64,000 bases of DNA. Source: Octopus bimaculoides (Eukaryota). A program made the position numbers and the translations under genes. Position 1 is the stretch's first letter, and each line of letters starts with the position of its first letter. Below the pieces are notes generated by a model. The model saw only the letters and a list, made by a program, of their open reading frames with translations, was not told where the DNA came from and ran no database searches. The stretch covers positions 64,418,833 to 64,482,832 of the forward strand of contig NC_068989.1 of NCBI RefSeq assembly GCF_001194135.2, written 5' to 3'. Shown in pieces: positions 1-11,770 of the stretch.

Positions 1-52
1 GCACGCAAGCACGCACGCACGCACACGCATACGCACATTAACGCACAAACAC

Positions 53-82
<30 letters not shown>

Positions 83-84
<2 letters not shown>

Positions 85-269
85 TCTTTTACTCCTTTAC
101 TCTTTTACTTGTTTCAGTCTTTTGACTGCGGCCATGCTGGAGCATCGCCTTTAGTCGAGCAAATCGACCCCGGAACTTATTCTTTGGAAGCCTAGTACTT
201 ATTCTATCGGTCTCTTTTGCTGAACCGCTAAGTTACGGAGACGTAAACACACCAGCATCGGTTGTCAAG
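83..269 (-). mobile_element. SINE family A, 3' domain (cut by gap)
   Basis: Reverse complement matches the 3' half of the full copies at 26551-26993 and 49950-50348 (CTTGACAACCGATGCTGG...GACTGAAACAAGTAAAAGAGTAAAAGAG tail). Confidence 0.9.
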
Positions 270-619
270 NNNNNNNNNNNNNNNNNNNNNNNNNNNNNNN
301 NNNNNNNNNNNNNNNNNNNNNNNNNNNNNNNNNNNNNNNNNNNNNNNNNNNNNNNNNNNNNNNNNNNNNNNNNNNNNNNNNNNNNNNNNNNNNNNNNNNN
401 NNNNNNNNNNNNNNNNNNNNNNNNNNNNNNNNNNNNNNNNNNNNNNNNNNNNNNNNNNNNNNNNNNNNNNNNNNNNNNNNNNNNNNNNNNNNNNNNNNNN
501 NNNNNNNNNNNNNNNNNNNNNNNNNNNNNNNNNNNNNNNNNNNNNNNNNNNNNNNNNNNNNNNNNNNNNNNNNNNNNNNNNNNNNNNNNNNNNNNNNNNN
601 NNNNNNNNNNNNNNNNNNN

Positions 620-651
<32 letters not shown>

Positions 652-817
652 CAATGTACGTGTGTGTGTCTTTGTGTGTGTGTGTCTTTGTGTGTGTGTG
701 TCTTTGTGTGTGTGTTTGTACCCCGCACCTTCACCGCTTGACAATCGGTGTTGGTGTGTTTATGTCCCCGTAGCTGAGCAGATCAGCAAAAGAAAATGAT
801 GACCCAGTAGAGGTAAA

Positions 818-1430
818 ACGTTATTATCTATCCCTGATATTTTTTCCTATCATGTCTCTAATAGATTTGTGACTATTCGGTGGTACAGAAGTATTTTTTT
901 ACTTCTATCTTTAGCAATATAAGTACTCATGTAGTGCCCCGGTGTATATATGTACATATCTAATATTGTATGTATATATTTTATTAATTTTCCTGTACGG
1001 CTGATAATTCGCTTGCCACTCGTGATGGTATTTTAAAAATACCATTTCTATATTTATTTATAAATAATTTTACACATTTCGTTTGTTCCTATAGTGCTTG
1101 GTCACTTGAAACGAACTTTTGCAGGCATGATAGCGGAGAATTTTAGTAGCAATTAGCTGGCAGACTTTGGCTTATGAGAAATCAGGCACCTATTTGGCAC
1201 TAAATTTCGAAACCGATACCAAGTTGACCAGCATGTATTTGTTCTAACCCAGCAGAGATAAGACGCTATTATTGTTCACTGATATTTTTTCCTGTCATGT
1301 CTGTAATAGATTTGTGACTATTCGGTGGTACAGAAGTATTTTTTGACTTCTATTTTTTAGCGATGTAGGTACTCATGTAGTGCCCTCGTGTATATATGTA
1401 CATATCTAATATTGTATGTATATATTTTAT
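818..1430. repeat. Pair of ~165-bp direct repeats (818-983, 1263-1430) flanking ~280 bp of unique spacer
   Basis: Shared text CTGATATTTTTTCCT.TCATGTCT.TAATAGATTTGTGACTATTCGGTGGTACAGAAGTATTTTT...GTACATATCTAATATTGTATGTATATATTTTAT, roughly 90% identical by eye. Confidence 0.9.
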
Positions 1431-1434
1431 ATCC

Positions 1435-1595
1435 ATCAAGTGCTAGGGCACCGCCTTGATGGATTTTTAGTCGAATGAACCGATTCCAGTACTCATTATT
1501 TTTTTAAAAACCCTGGTACTAATTCTATCGATCCCTTTTGCCGAACCGTTAACCTACAGGGACATAAACACATCAGCATCGGTTGTCAATGAGCG
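1435..1595 (-). mobile_element. SINE family A, decayed 3' domain
   Basis: GCACCGCC...TAGTCGA...GCCGAACCG...CATCGGTTGTCAA matches the reverse complement of the family A 3' half. Confidence 0.75.
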
Positions 1596-1604
1596 GCTGT
1601 GTGG

Positions 1605-1780
1605 AGGGGCAGGCGTGGGTGTGTGGTAAGAAGCTTGCTTCCCAATCACGTGATTCAGGGTTCTGCCTTACTGCATGGTAAGTTTGGGATGTGTTTTTTT
1701 TACTGTAGCTTCGCATCAAGCAAAAGCCTTCTGAGAGGATTTGGGAAACGGAAACTGATAGAAGCTGGTCGTATATATGT
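1605..1780 (+). mobile_element. SINE family A, 5' domain (tRNA-like head plus CORE-like segment)
   Basis: GGCGTGGGTGTGTGGTAAGAAGCTTGCTTCCCAATCAC...GGGTTC...GGAAACTGATAGAAGC. Confidence 0.8.
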
Positions 1781-2224
1781 ATACATATTTGAATATTATC
1801 TGTTTTCTAGTGCTGTTAATAATAGCTATGAAAATAAAAACAAAAAACAAAAGTAAGTTTATTATACAAGTTTAATCGTACGCGATTTATATTTGCGGAA
1901 CTGATGAATCTTAATCATATGGAAAGATTACAAGTTAGTGAATTTCTAGTTGAGTAATCAACTTTATGAAGAAGTGCCATGCAAATCAGTTCATAATATG
2001 CAATTATACGAGTTATTTTTTGCATTTTTATGTTGACTACGTGTAGTAAATTTAACATTCCCGCTAGATGGAATAATAACGATGTCTTTAAAATATTAAT
2101 TGATAACCCTTTTCACATCAATTATATGAATAATATTTTTCTCCTCTTTTTTTTTAGGCTTCTAACTTAGGTGGGTGAAAAAAAAAAAAAAAAATTTTGG
2201 TCTTATCGGTTTTCATTACACGAC

Positions 2225-2230
2225 CACTAA

Positions 2231-2261
<31 letters not shown>

Positions 2262-2440
2262 GTCATCGTTGTCATCGGTGCCGTCGTCGCCAAGATCGTT
2301 GGCATTGTTAACGGCATTGTCCTCCTACTCCTTCTCCCTCCTACTCCTTGCTATCGTCGTCATCATTGTCGTAGGTGCTGTCATCGTCTTCGTCTTTGTC
2401 TACATTATCAACATCGACTTCTCCATCATCGTCGTCGTCG

Positions 2441-2475
<35 letters not shown>
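2225..2475. repeat. Compound trinucleotide microsatellite (CAC/CAT/CGT)n
   Basis: Visible directly; the right end is the (GAT)n tail of the adjacent minus-strand RTE fragment. Confidence 0.95.
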
Positions 2476-2760
2476 TGCAAATTCCATAAGCTAAGGAACG
2501 TGTAGGAGCACATCACGACTTTCTGCCATCATTTCCGGTCATCAAACGTTACGTATTTTCCACCATTTTCTTTCCTGCCCATTCCTTTCCTTGATGTTGC
2601 TCAACCAAACACCTTTGTTGTCTTCCTGTAACTCTTTTACCGGAGATTTGTTCATGTATGCCCATATTTACTTGGGACAGATTGTCACAGTATGGTAGTT
2701 TTTCACAGCCATACATTTTCCACCTTTTAACTGGTGACAGACTAAATGAGTAATCCACAA
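2476..2760 (-). mobile_element. RTE-clade LINE 3' end, decayed
   Basis: Minus frame LSPVKRWKM..DNLSQV..GKRVTGRQQRCL...KEWAG..DRK*WQ resembles the RTE C-terminus (VKRRKL..GHV.R...G.RRRGRQ..RW...KEW.G..DR..W); ends in a (GAT)n tail. Confidence 0.6.
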
Positions 2761-2966
2761 TCTTCACAAATTGTTTCATAGCAATTACTATTTCGATGTT
2801 TTATATGAGGAAAACGAACGATCTTTCTATAAAATTTCATTTCAAAGCTTTAATATTTTCTCTAGCTTTCATAATCTATGATCTAAGGCGTAAGATTGTA
2901 ACTAATACGTTAAAGGTAGTTGAAATTACAACTACCAACTAAAGACATTTTATAATAATAATTTAG

Positions 2967-3180
2967 GGCGGCGAGCTGGCAGAATCGTTAGCACGCCAGG
3001 CAAAATGTTTAGCGGCATTTCGTCCGTCTTTACGTTCCGAGTTCAAATTCCGCCAAGGTCAACTTTGCCTTCATCCTTTCGACGTCGATAAAATGAGTAC
3101 CAGTTGAGTACTGGGGTCGATGTAATCAAGTTAACCTTTCCCTCGTAATTGCTGGCCTTGTAATAAAATTTGAAATCAAT
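2967..3180 (+). mobile_element. SINE family B
   Basis: GGCGGCGAGCTGGCAGAATCGTTAGCAC head with GAGTTCAAATTCC B-box, then CTTTGCCTT(T)CATCCTTTCG..GTCGATAAAATGAGTACCAG central domain (resembles the Meta-SINE domain, from recall). Confidence 0.9.
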
Positions 3181-3194
3181 ACTAATAATAATAA

Positions 3195-3410
3195 TAATCC
3201 TTTCTACTATAGGCACAAGGTCGGAAATTCGAGGGGAAAGGACAAGTCTATTACATCGACCCCAGTGCGTAGCTGGTACTTATTTCATCGACCCCGAAAA
3301 GACGAAAGCCAAAGTCGACCACGGTGGAATTTGAACTCAGAACGTAAACACGGACAAAACACCGCTGAGCATTTTGTCCGGCATGCTGACGATTCAGCCA
3401 GCTCACCGCC
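3195..3410 (-). mobile_element. SINE family B with (ATT)n tail
   Basis: Reverse complement of family B; tail-to-tail with the 2967 copy. Confidence 0.9.
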
Positions 3411-3444
3411 TTAATAATATTAATAATAATAATAATAATAATAA

Positions 3445-3659
3445 TAATCCTTTCTACTGGAGGCACAAGGCCTCGAATTTGTGGGGAGGGGACGAGTCGA
3501 TTACATCGACCGCAGTGTTTCACTGGTAATTACTTTATCGAGTCCGAAAGGATGAAAAGCAACGTAACCTCGGTGAAAATTGAACTCAGAACGTTGCGAC
3601 GGGCGAAATACAGCTAAGGATTTCGTGTAGCGTTCTAACGTTTCTCCCAGCTCGCCGCC
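3445..3659 (-). mobile_element. SINE family B with (ATT)n tail
   Basis: AATAATCCTTTCTACTGGAGGCACAAGGCC...GAACTCAGAACG...CCAGCTCGCCGCC. Confidence 0.9.
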
Positions 3660-3714
3660 ATTTTAAAAAATTGTCAACAAACAGTCATGGGACAACAACA
3701 ACAACAACAACAAC

Positions 3715-3748
<34 letters not shown>

Positions 3749-4058
3749 CCATTGTTATCAGATATTTCGACATCAAGTGTGTCTTCCACAGGTTTTCAAA
3801 ATCTACTTGTCAATCTGCTTCCTTTTGGTAATATTTATAGGATTGAGATAACCCCTCCAGAAGATACAGAAGCAAAAAAAAAAAAAAAGAGTGCCATTGT
3901 TATCAAGTGAACGATATTACCAAAATGAAGTAGATTGACGAATTTATTTTTTGAACCTGTGGAAGACATACGAGATGTCGAAATATCGTTCGCTTGATAA
4001 CAATGCACTATTCTTTTTTTGCTTCTACATCTTCTGGAGGAGTTACCTCAATCCTATA

Positions 4059-4127
<69 letters not shown>

Positions 4128-4160
4128 CCTTTCTATTATAAGCACAAAGACTGATCAGTG

Positions 4161-4208
<48 letters not shown>

Positions 4209-4254
4209 AGTTAATAATAATAATGATAATCTCTATACCATAATAGCAGATCTT

Positions 4255-4455
4255 TTATCTTTTATATTTTCAAGTAATTGGGCCGTGGCCATGCTGGGGC
4301 TCAGCCTTGAAAGGTCTAGTTGACTCCATTACGTATCATTTTAAAGCCCGGTACTTATTCTAACGGTTAATTTTGCCGAGCCGCTAAGTAACGGTGACAC
4401 AAGCAAACCAACGCCAGTTGTGAAGCGGAGCTGGAGGCGGGGACAACCATCCCCA
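4255..4455 (-). mobile_element. SINE family A, 3' domain
   Basis: GGCCATGCTGGGGC...GCCGAGCCGCTAAGTAACGG...CAGTTGTGAAGCGG, followed by a (CA)-rich internal microsatellite. Confidence 0.8.
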
Positions 4456-4984
4456 CACACACAAACACAAACATAAACACGAACATACACACATATACAC
4501 AAACACACAGAAACATGCACATATAAACAGACACACACACAAGCATGCAAACAAATAAACATGCATACACTCAAACATACACACACACACGGGACACACA
4601 CATATACAGACAACCATACACACACCCTCACACACACACAAGCATATCTATTCGCACAAGCACACACACACACACATACACACACACACATATACACACG
4701 CACTACTTCAGTGACAATGCCTAATAAGACCAAAAATATTATCTCATATATCACTCAATGACCTTAATGTCTGGCGTCACTTGTAAGATTTATCTCCCGC
4801 CTTACCTGATCAGAGCTAATCGTTAACCTAAGGATTCTTTGTCCCTTCTCCGGGTTAAATTTTAATAAATTACAATTTCATGGTTGACTGCTGTAAGTAT
4901 TTGGTCATCGACTTTACTTAAAAGATTCCTATTACTGCAATGTAGTCTCTACTTTTGTCTTGGAGCGTAATATTTTACTCATTT

Positions 4985-5220
4985 ACTCATTTCCCAGTGT
5001 ACCACTCTTTTATCAGTTATTTTTTTTACTTGTTCCGGTCATTGGAGTGCCGCCTTGCTGGGGCACTGCCTTGCAAGGTTTAAATGAACAAATTGATCCT
5101 AGTATTTATAATTTAAGCCGGGTCCTTATTCTATCGCACTCTCTTTGCCGAACCGTAAAGTTAAGGGGACGTAAATAAACCAGCAGCGGTTGTCAAGTGG
5201 TGATGAGGGGACAAACACAA
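4985..5220 (-). mobile_element. SINE family A, 3' domain
   Basis: TGCTGGGGCACTGCC...TATTCTATCG...GCCGAACCG...CGGTTGTCAAG...GAGGGGACAAACAC then (CA)n. Confidence 0.8.
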
Positions 5221-5225
5221 ATATA

Positions 5226-5279
<54 letters not shown>

Positions 5280-5332
5280 TATATAATATATAATCTATAA
5301 TATATAAACACACATATCTATCTATCTATCTA

Positions 5333-5740
5333 TCTTTTATCTTTTACTTGTTTCAGTCATTAGACAGCGACCATGCTGGGGCACCGCATTGAAGAATTTT
5401 TAGTCAAACAGTATTTATTTCTTTTTTTTAAAGACTGGTACTTATTTTATCGAAATATTTTGCTGAACAGCTAGGTTATGGGAACTTAAACACACCAACA
5501 TCGTTTGTCAAGCGGTAATGGAGGGACAAGCACAGGCTCAAAGTTACACACAAACACACACATTTATATATACATACGACAGGCTTCTTTCAGTTTCCGT
5601 CAACTGAATCCACTCACAAAGCTTTGGTCTGCCCGAGGTTATAGCAGAAGACACTTGCCTCGAGGTGCTACGCAGTGGCACTGAACCCGGGACCATGTGG
5701 TTGGGAAGCACACCTCTTACCACACAGCTACGCCTGCGCC
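5333..5740 (-). mobile_element. SINE family A, full length
   Basis: Both halves present; ends at the reverse complement of the head GGCGCAGGCGTAGCTGTGTGGTAAGA. Confidence 0.9.
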
Positions 5741-6348
5741 TATACTGTACATATAAATGAACATGCACACACATATACACATACACGCGCACACACACAA
5801 ACACACACACAAACACACACACAAACACACACTCACACCCACACCCACCACACAACCCATAAAAATAGCAAAGCCAATGTTTGAATTGATATAAGAAGAT
5901 ACAATTTAATTAGAAAATCTAATATGTATATATACCACCATAAGGAAACTGCCGGATGTGTCACGTTTCATTATGGCTTCCTCTATAAATCTTTGTAATA
6001 TATTTATATTTGCAAAGCAAACAAGGCTTTTATGAATTCCTATGTCTCAAGTATGATTTCAAAATCAGTTTTACTATCAAAGATTGAGGAAAGGAAACAA
6101 GAGTTAGTCAGTTTCAAAAGGAGGACATAATTCAAGACTGTTCTTGTGGTGGTATATAGCATTGAGTGAAAATGTTCGGAGACAAACGAATGAAATCCAT
6201 GTGCTTTTTAAAAATTATCCTTATCGAGAATTAAAAATCACATCATAGCCTCTGTTCTGTCTGCCTGTATGCATATGTAGACACACACACACACAGAGAA
6301 ACACACATAAACGCACGCACACATTTATTCATACATGAATACAAGCGC

Positions 6349-6431
<83 letters not shown>

Positions 6432-6866
6432 ATCTTTATTTTTATGTTAAGTTATATATATATATAAACAGTTTAACAATTAACTGAAAGATTCTTCAAT
6501 AATTTTTTAGTATAGAACATGTTTACGGAACTTTTTCAAGCAAAAGGTTCGCAGAGATTCACACTGATCTATTCTCTTTCGTCACATTGTCTAACGAAGA
6601 CTAGCAAGCCGAAACTTCGAAATCACTGTCAGCATTTTCTTATTACAACATCAATATTTATAATATCACCCGTGTCGTCAAATATACCGACAGTTTTATT
6701 AATGATTGAAAATGGCATATCAAAACAACGAGAGAAACTATTGCTACATGTCAGCAATCGAGTAAATATATGTATGATGTACACAGAATTGAAGCAGTTG
6801 AAGAATCCTATACGGTTGTAACGTCTCGGTTGAAAATATCGTCCACATAATATCTATATATACATA

Positions 6867-7703
6867 CACTACGTCCCACAATATTAGGCAAATCAACCTT
6901 CTCTCAATAAGTAAATGTATATTCGTTCAAAACCACTTGTTTTCCCACTGACTGTTGGCGCACATTCTGTTAAAATAAATCGAATCTGCGCAAACACCAA
7001 CAAATGGCGCCAATTTTTATGATTGGGCACCATTTTCACTGTCACAAATTATTAGGCAAGTATAATAAAAATGATAATTGAGTCAGAACAAATATTTATT
7101 TAATTCAACAGTAAATGTTTAGCAAAAAAAATTTTCATGAAAGACTTAATGGTAAACATAATACATTGGAATGAAAATAATCATGGGATTATGATGTCAT
7201 ACAGCTCCTAATGTTTGATGTATGATCCTCCACATGCGATAACATTTCTAACGTGTTGATCCATTGAATTTGCCAAGGTGGTGATACCTTCCTGTGTCAT
7301 ACTTTGAGCAGCATCTACAATAGCATCTCAGAGGGTAACTTTATTTGAAAACTGCCGTCCATCTTGGTAAACGCACCTCTTCAGGACATTCAGCAGGCTC
7401 TAGTTTGGGTTTAAGTCAGGGGAACAAGGTGGCCACTCCATCAAACGACTTCCAGAGAAGCCTATTTGCTGCAGGTATTCCTTCGCTGCATGAAACGGAG
7501 CATTATCTTGCATGAAGACCGGCTTTCTCGTGAATGCAAGCCTTTGCTTGTTGAACCTCGGCTGGAAATTGTCCTTTAAGAAGGTAACATATGTTTTCGA
7601 TGTCATCTTAATGCCATCTGGGACTTTCCAAGGCCTGACCATCATACCACCACCAATGATGCCAGCTCAAAACATGATCTCATCTCCCCCCTGTTGGCGT
7701 GAC
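6867..7703 (-). mobile_element. Tc1-family transposon relic (3' TIR plus catalytic-domain pseudogene, DD38E-like)
   Basis: Minus frames give RQQGGDEIMF*AGIIGG..KVPDGIKMTS..FMQDNAPFHAAK..WPPCSPDLNP, a frameshift, then ..SMDQHVRNVIACGGSYIKH* (stop 7208-7210). TA|CACTACGTCC terminus at 6865-6876 with inner repeat ATTAGGCAA at ~6883 and ~7052. Confidence 0.9.
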
Positions 7704-7937
7704 TGTAGGGATATTGTATTTGTAAATCCATTGCTTAGGCAGAATGGTATACATATAAGATTTCAATACCTTGTGAGTAAAATCCAATAGTCTTTAAGAT
7801 TGGTCATTGCATTTGTAAATCCATACAAATGCAAATACCAATCTTAAAGACTATTGGATTTTACTCAGAAGGTATTGGAATCTTATATGTATACCATTCT
7901 GCCTAAGCAATAGATTTACAAATACAATATCCCTACA
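7704..7937. repeat. Fold-back inverted repeat, 114-bp arms, 6-nt loop
   Basis: 7704-7817 is the reverse complement of 7824-7937 with about 5 mismatches; loop AATCCA. Confidence 0.95.
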
Positions 7938-7996
7938 TTCACTGTCTATTTCCTATCTTATCTAAATTAACTATTGCTTAACCATCCTCTCACACC

Positions 7997-8044
7997 GTCT
8001 CCAATGAAGGGATATAATAAATATCCTGGAAACAGCTGTAAGAC
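7997..8044 (+). ncRNA. Type I hammerhead ribozyme-like motif (variant or decayed core)
   Basis: GTCT-CCAATGA-A-GGGATAT/aataa/ATATCCT-G-GAAA-CAGCTG-TA-AGAC: stem I 4 bp, stem II 7 bp, palindromic stem III, GUA site; core CCAAUGA instead of CUGAUGA. Confidence 0.6.
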
Positions 8045-9895
8045 CTTCTATTTATAAATGTTCTAAAATATACACAGCCTTGGTTTTTTTTTATCTCATT
8101 ACGAAAAGTAAATCCTTATATNNNNNNNNNNNNNNNNNNNNNNNNNNNNNNNNNNNNNNNNNNNNNNNNNNNNNNNNNNNNNNNNNNNNNNNNNNNNNNN
8201 NNNNNNNNNNNNNNNNNNNNNNNNNATATATATATATATAAGCACACACACATATACTCAGACATGCACTCACGCACACGTACACACAAATAGTCATAAA
8301 ACATATACAGAGGAATAAATGAGCAGAGAATCCCATTGGTAAAGAATGATAAAGGCCAGATGCAATGCAAGGACCAAATCGTATTAATGACTTGTAGGCA
8401 CACAGTATTTCGGAATGCAACCATGATATGCTACAAAGTATATTAAGCGTTTTTATAAGTCAATACCGTGTACTGCTGTGTTAGCAGTGCACTTAAATCA
8501 TGTGTTAAGGTCATCTCTACATCTTTATAGAAAATCTGTAGCGATGACCAAATTGTATTATTCTGGGTTATGTTTATTAGATACCCAGAGGTGGGGATTA
8601 ATGTTAGAGAGTTGTACATAAGACAACATAAGATAAATGGATTCTTCAGACTATAGCCTATCAGTACAATGAATCTGGTATGGAAGGCGGTGAGGAAAGA
8701 GTTAAAATTCTAGTTGTGGAAGTGATAGCTATAAACATCTGTTATGTTAATATTACTGAAAATGCAAAGACGGCGATCTGTATGCAATTTATTTCTCTTA
8801 GACGAGCAGCTAAAGGGCAGAAAGATCTCATCTTCTCTGAGCCCGTTGTGGTGTTTGTGAGTGGCCTATCGTAGACAGTTCCGTGACCTGCTAATTAACC
8901 CTTATCTCGGACCCAGTAAAGTGCTTCCCCTCTTGGTCAGAGAAGGCTTAGGAACAATAGTGGCAAAGTAGTAGCTTCACATTTCTCAAGACTCTGGAAC
9001 TTTCGAACTCTCGAACCAGATCTTCACTACCCGATGCAGTTTAAATTCATATTCAGGACACACACACACACACACGCACACACATACACACACATGCAAA
9101 TACAAACACATACAGGCATACATAGACACACACACTCACACACATACATATGCTGGAAAAATGTTTGACAATGATTTCGAAGTTCCGGCTTCGCAAGCTG
9201 GCGAAAACTTCGCAAAAACTCCAATACATGGTAACAGAAAGGAGAATGCCTCTGGTTGGACTTTTTCCTTACCCAGAAAAATCTTTTTTTGCAAAATAGC
9301 ATTGAGATGGCTACCACCAGGAAGAAAGATTATTCTGATTAATGTTTGTTCTGTGCCGACATAAATTGAACAGAAAATGCAAAAGGAAGATTGTAAAGTA
9401 TGAAACAATCCTGGAATGTGAATGTTTCAGAGCTGCATGAAAGAAAAAATAAAGACATTGGGAAGAAAAAAATATTTGTTAAAGGGTACGTGAAGAACAT
9501 CGATTGTGAAGGAGATAATTTGATAATGGAGAATCAGTTTGAATGCAAGGACGGATAAGTATGGTATAAATAAAGTATAAATATCTCTATTTCTTTAAAA
9601 ATAATTTTATAAGATCTCGTTACTACTAATACTTGATGTTTAGAAATATATAGACTCAAATAGAGTTAAATATTTAGTCGCCACATAGAATAAAATAAAA
9701 TGAATATTGCATGTATTGTAATATAAATCACAGGAAAGTCGTTACATTATAAACTGTTAAAATAAATAAAGAAACTGAGAATGGAAGATGTTAGAAGATT
9801 GTGGGGAAGGCGGAGAGATTGGATATTAAGGATATAAGAAGAAAAGGGTGAAAAGTGTTGGTGATTTTATTATGGACCATACAGAGAAGTAGCAG

Positions 9896-9958
9896 CAGTG
9901 ATGATCTCTTGCATGATATCAGAGACTGATGAGCGACAAAAAAGTCGAAACCACTGGT
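9896..9958 (+). ncRNA. Hammerhead core-like motif, topology uncertain
   Basis: CTGATGA(9926-32)-GC-GAC/aaaaaa/GTC-GAAA-CCACTGGT; upstream TCTCT/AGAGA hairpin and CAGTG/CACTG pairing allow an imperfect type III fold. Confidence 0.45.
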
Positions 9959-11064
9959 GATTGGGTACTGCAACAGAAAGCAATATATCATGATATATTG
10001 AATTATTTTCAGACTGAGACTTTGCCCGGATCATAAAAGGTCTTACGGACTACATGATGGTACTGAGGCGTCCGGCAGATTATGTATACTGCTGAGAAGA
10101 CGTACATTCACTCGGGTGTGTTTCCGCATATCCAATTTTACTCAAAATGTTTGGGTCAATCTGATATTAAAATAGCAGACAGATGCACAACCTCGCGTAA
10201 TAGTATCGAACTTAGAACTACGTGATAATGAAACACATTTCTTAACTTGAATATGTCCGTAATTTGTTGACCGGGTATAACTACAAGCTTTGGAATATGT
10301 ATGATAATCTCCTAATCATACTAATTATATAACATGTATGATAATCCCCTTATGATACTAATTGTATAACATCGAAATTCGGCGGAATAAATAAAAATGA
10401 CTGCAGAACAACAAGGAAGTGTGATGGAATTTTGAATATCATTCACGCAAATTCCTCAGTACCAGAATACCAGATTTAACTTCAGAAAAAAATTGAATAT
10501 ATGGAGGATTCCAATTGACAGGAAAAACACACCTCCATGTTACGACAATATCAAGATAAATTGATTACGAACTAAAAGATAGCGTTTTGAGTTGCATGAA
10601 AAAAGAAGAGAGTGAAAGTTGTTATTAGTACCTTAGGCGGAGGAAGGTCTGAAGCGGAAATATAATTGAACAAGGTAATTAAAGAAAGAGTGATTGATGA
10701 AGTGTTTAATCAGAATGCCGAAAGCTGTGCTGCGTGAGAGCAAAACAATTTTGTGGAAGTTGTCTTAATAGGCTGATCATCATGATTTAAGGAGCTCGCT
10801 CACCCTTGGTAGCATAGACACCAATAAGATAATTCAACACTAGCAGTAGCGGCACCAGTAGCAATATCAATAACAATAATGATGTTTTCAATAGTTTCAT
10901 GTCAACTTATTAATGAACTTCTAGGTGCAACTCTGTTTACACCAATGTCTTTCGGGAGTGTAGAAAAATTGTATTTTTATTTTACATGTTGTGGATATTT
11001 TGGTGATGTTTCTGGTGTCATTCTAATGTCTCATTTGTCTGTTATGTAAAATGTTGGTTTCAAA

Positions 11065-11770
11065 TTTTGGCACAAGGCCAGTAATTTTGAGGGAGTAGGC
11101 AAACCGATTACATCGACCCCAATGCTCAACTGGTATTAAATTTCTCGACTCCGAAAGGATGGGAGTCAAAGTCAATCTCGGTCACATTTAAACTCAGAAC
11201 ATAAAACCGGAAGAAATACCACTAAGCATTTTGTTCGGTGTGGTAAATATTCTGCCAGTGGTAAATATTTTGTCCAGTGTGGTAAATATTCTGCCAGTTG
11301 GCCGCCTTTATCATGCAGAATATTAGTTTCAAATGTTGACACAAGGCCAGCTGGTTTGGGGAAGGTGATAAATCGATTATATCGACCTCCAGTACTCAAC
11401 TGGTACTTACTTTATAAATCCTGAAAAGATGATAGGCCAAATAGACCTCGGTGGAATTTGAACTCAGAACGTAAAGACGAACGAAATGCCGCTAAGCATT
11501 TCGCACGTCATGCTTACAATTCTGCCAGCTCACTGCCCTTTTGTCATGTAGAATACTGATTTCAAATTTAGGTACAAAGCCAACTGCTTTGGGGGAGGAG
11601 GCAAGTCTATCGCATCGACCCTAGTACTCAACTAGTACTTATTTTATTGACCTCGAAAGGATGAAAGGCAAAGTCGACCTCTGTGGCATTTGAACTCAGA
11701 ACGTAAATCGAACGAAATGTTGCTTAGCATTTCGTCTGTAGTGCTGAGGATTTTGCCAGATCACTATCGT
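11065..11770 (-). mobile_element. Three head-to-tail SINE family B copies
   Basis: Three consecutive units (~11065-11310, 11325-11540, 11560-11770), each with GCACAAGGCC tail, GAACTCAGAAC B-box and GCCAG head. Confidence 0.9.

Noticed and set aside
11065-11770. CRISPR-like or satellite array
   Set aside because: Eukaryotic context; the units are whole SINE copies, not repeat-spacer pairs.
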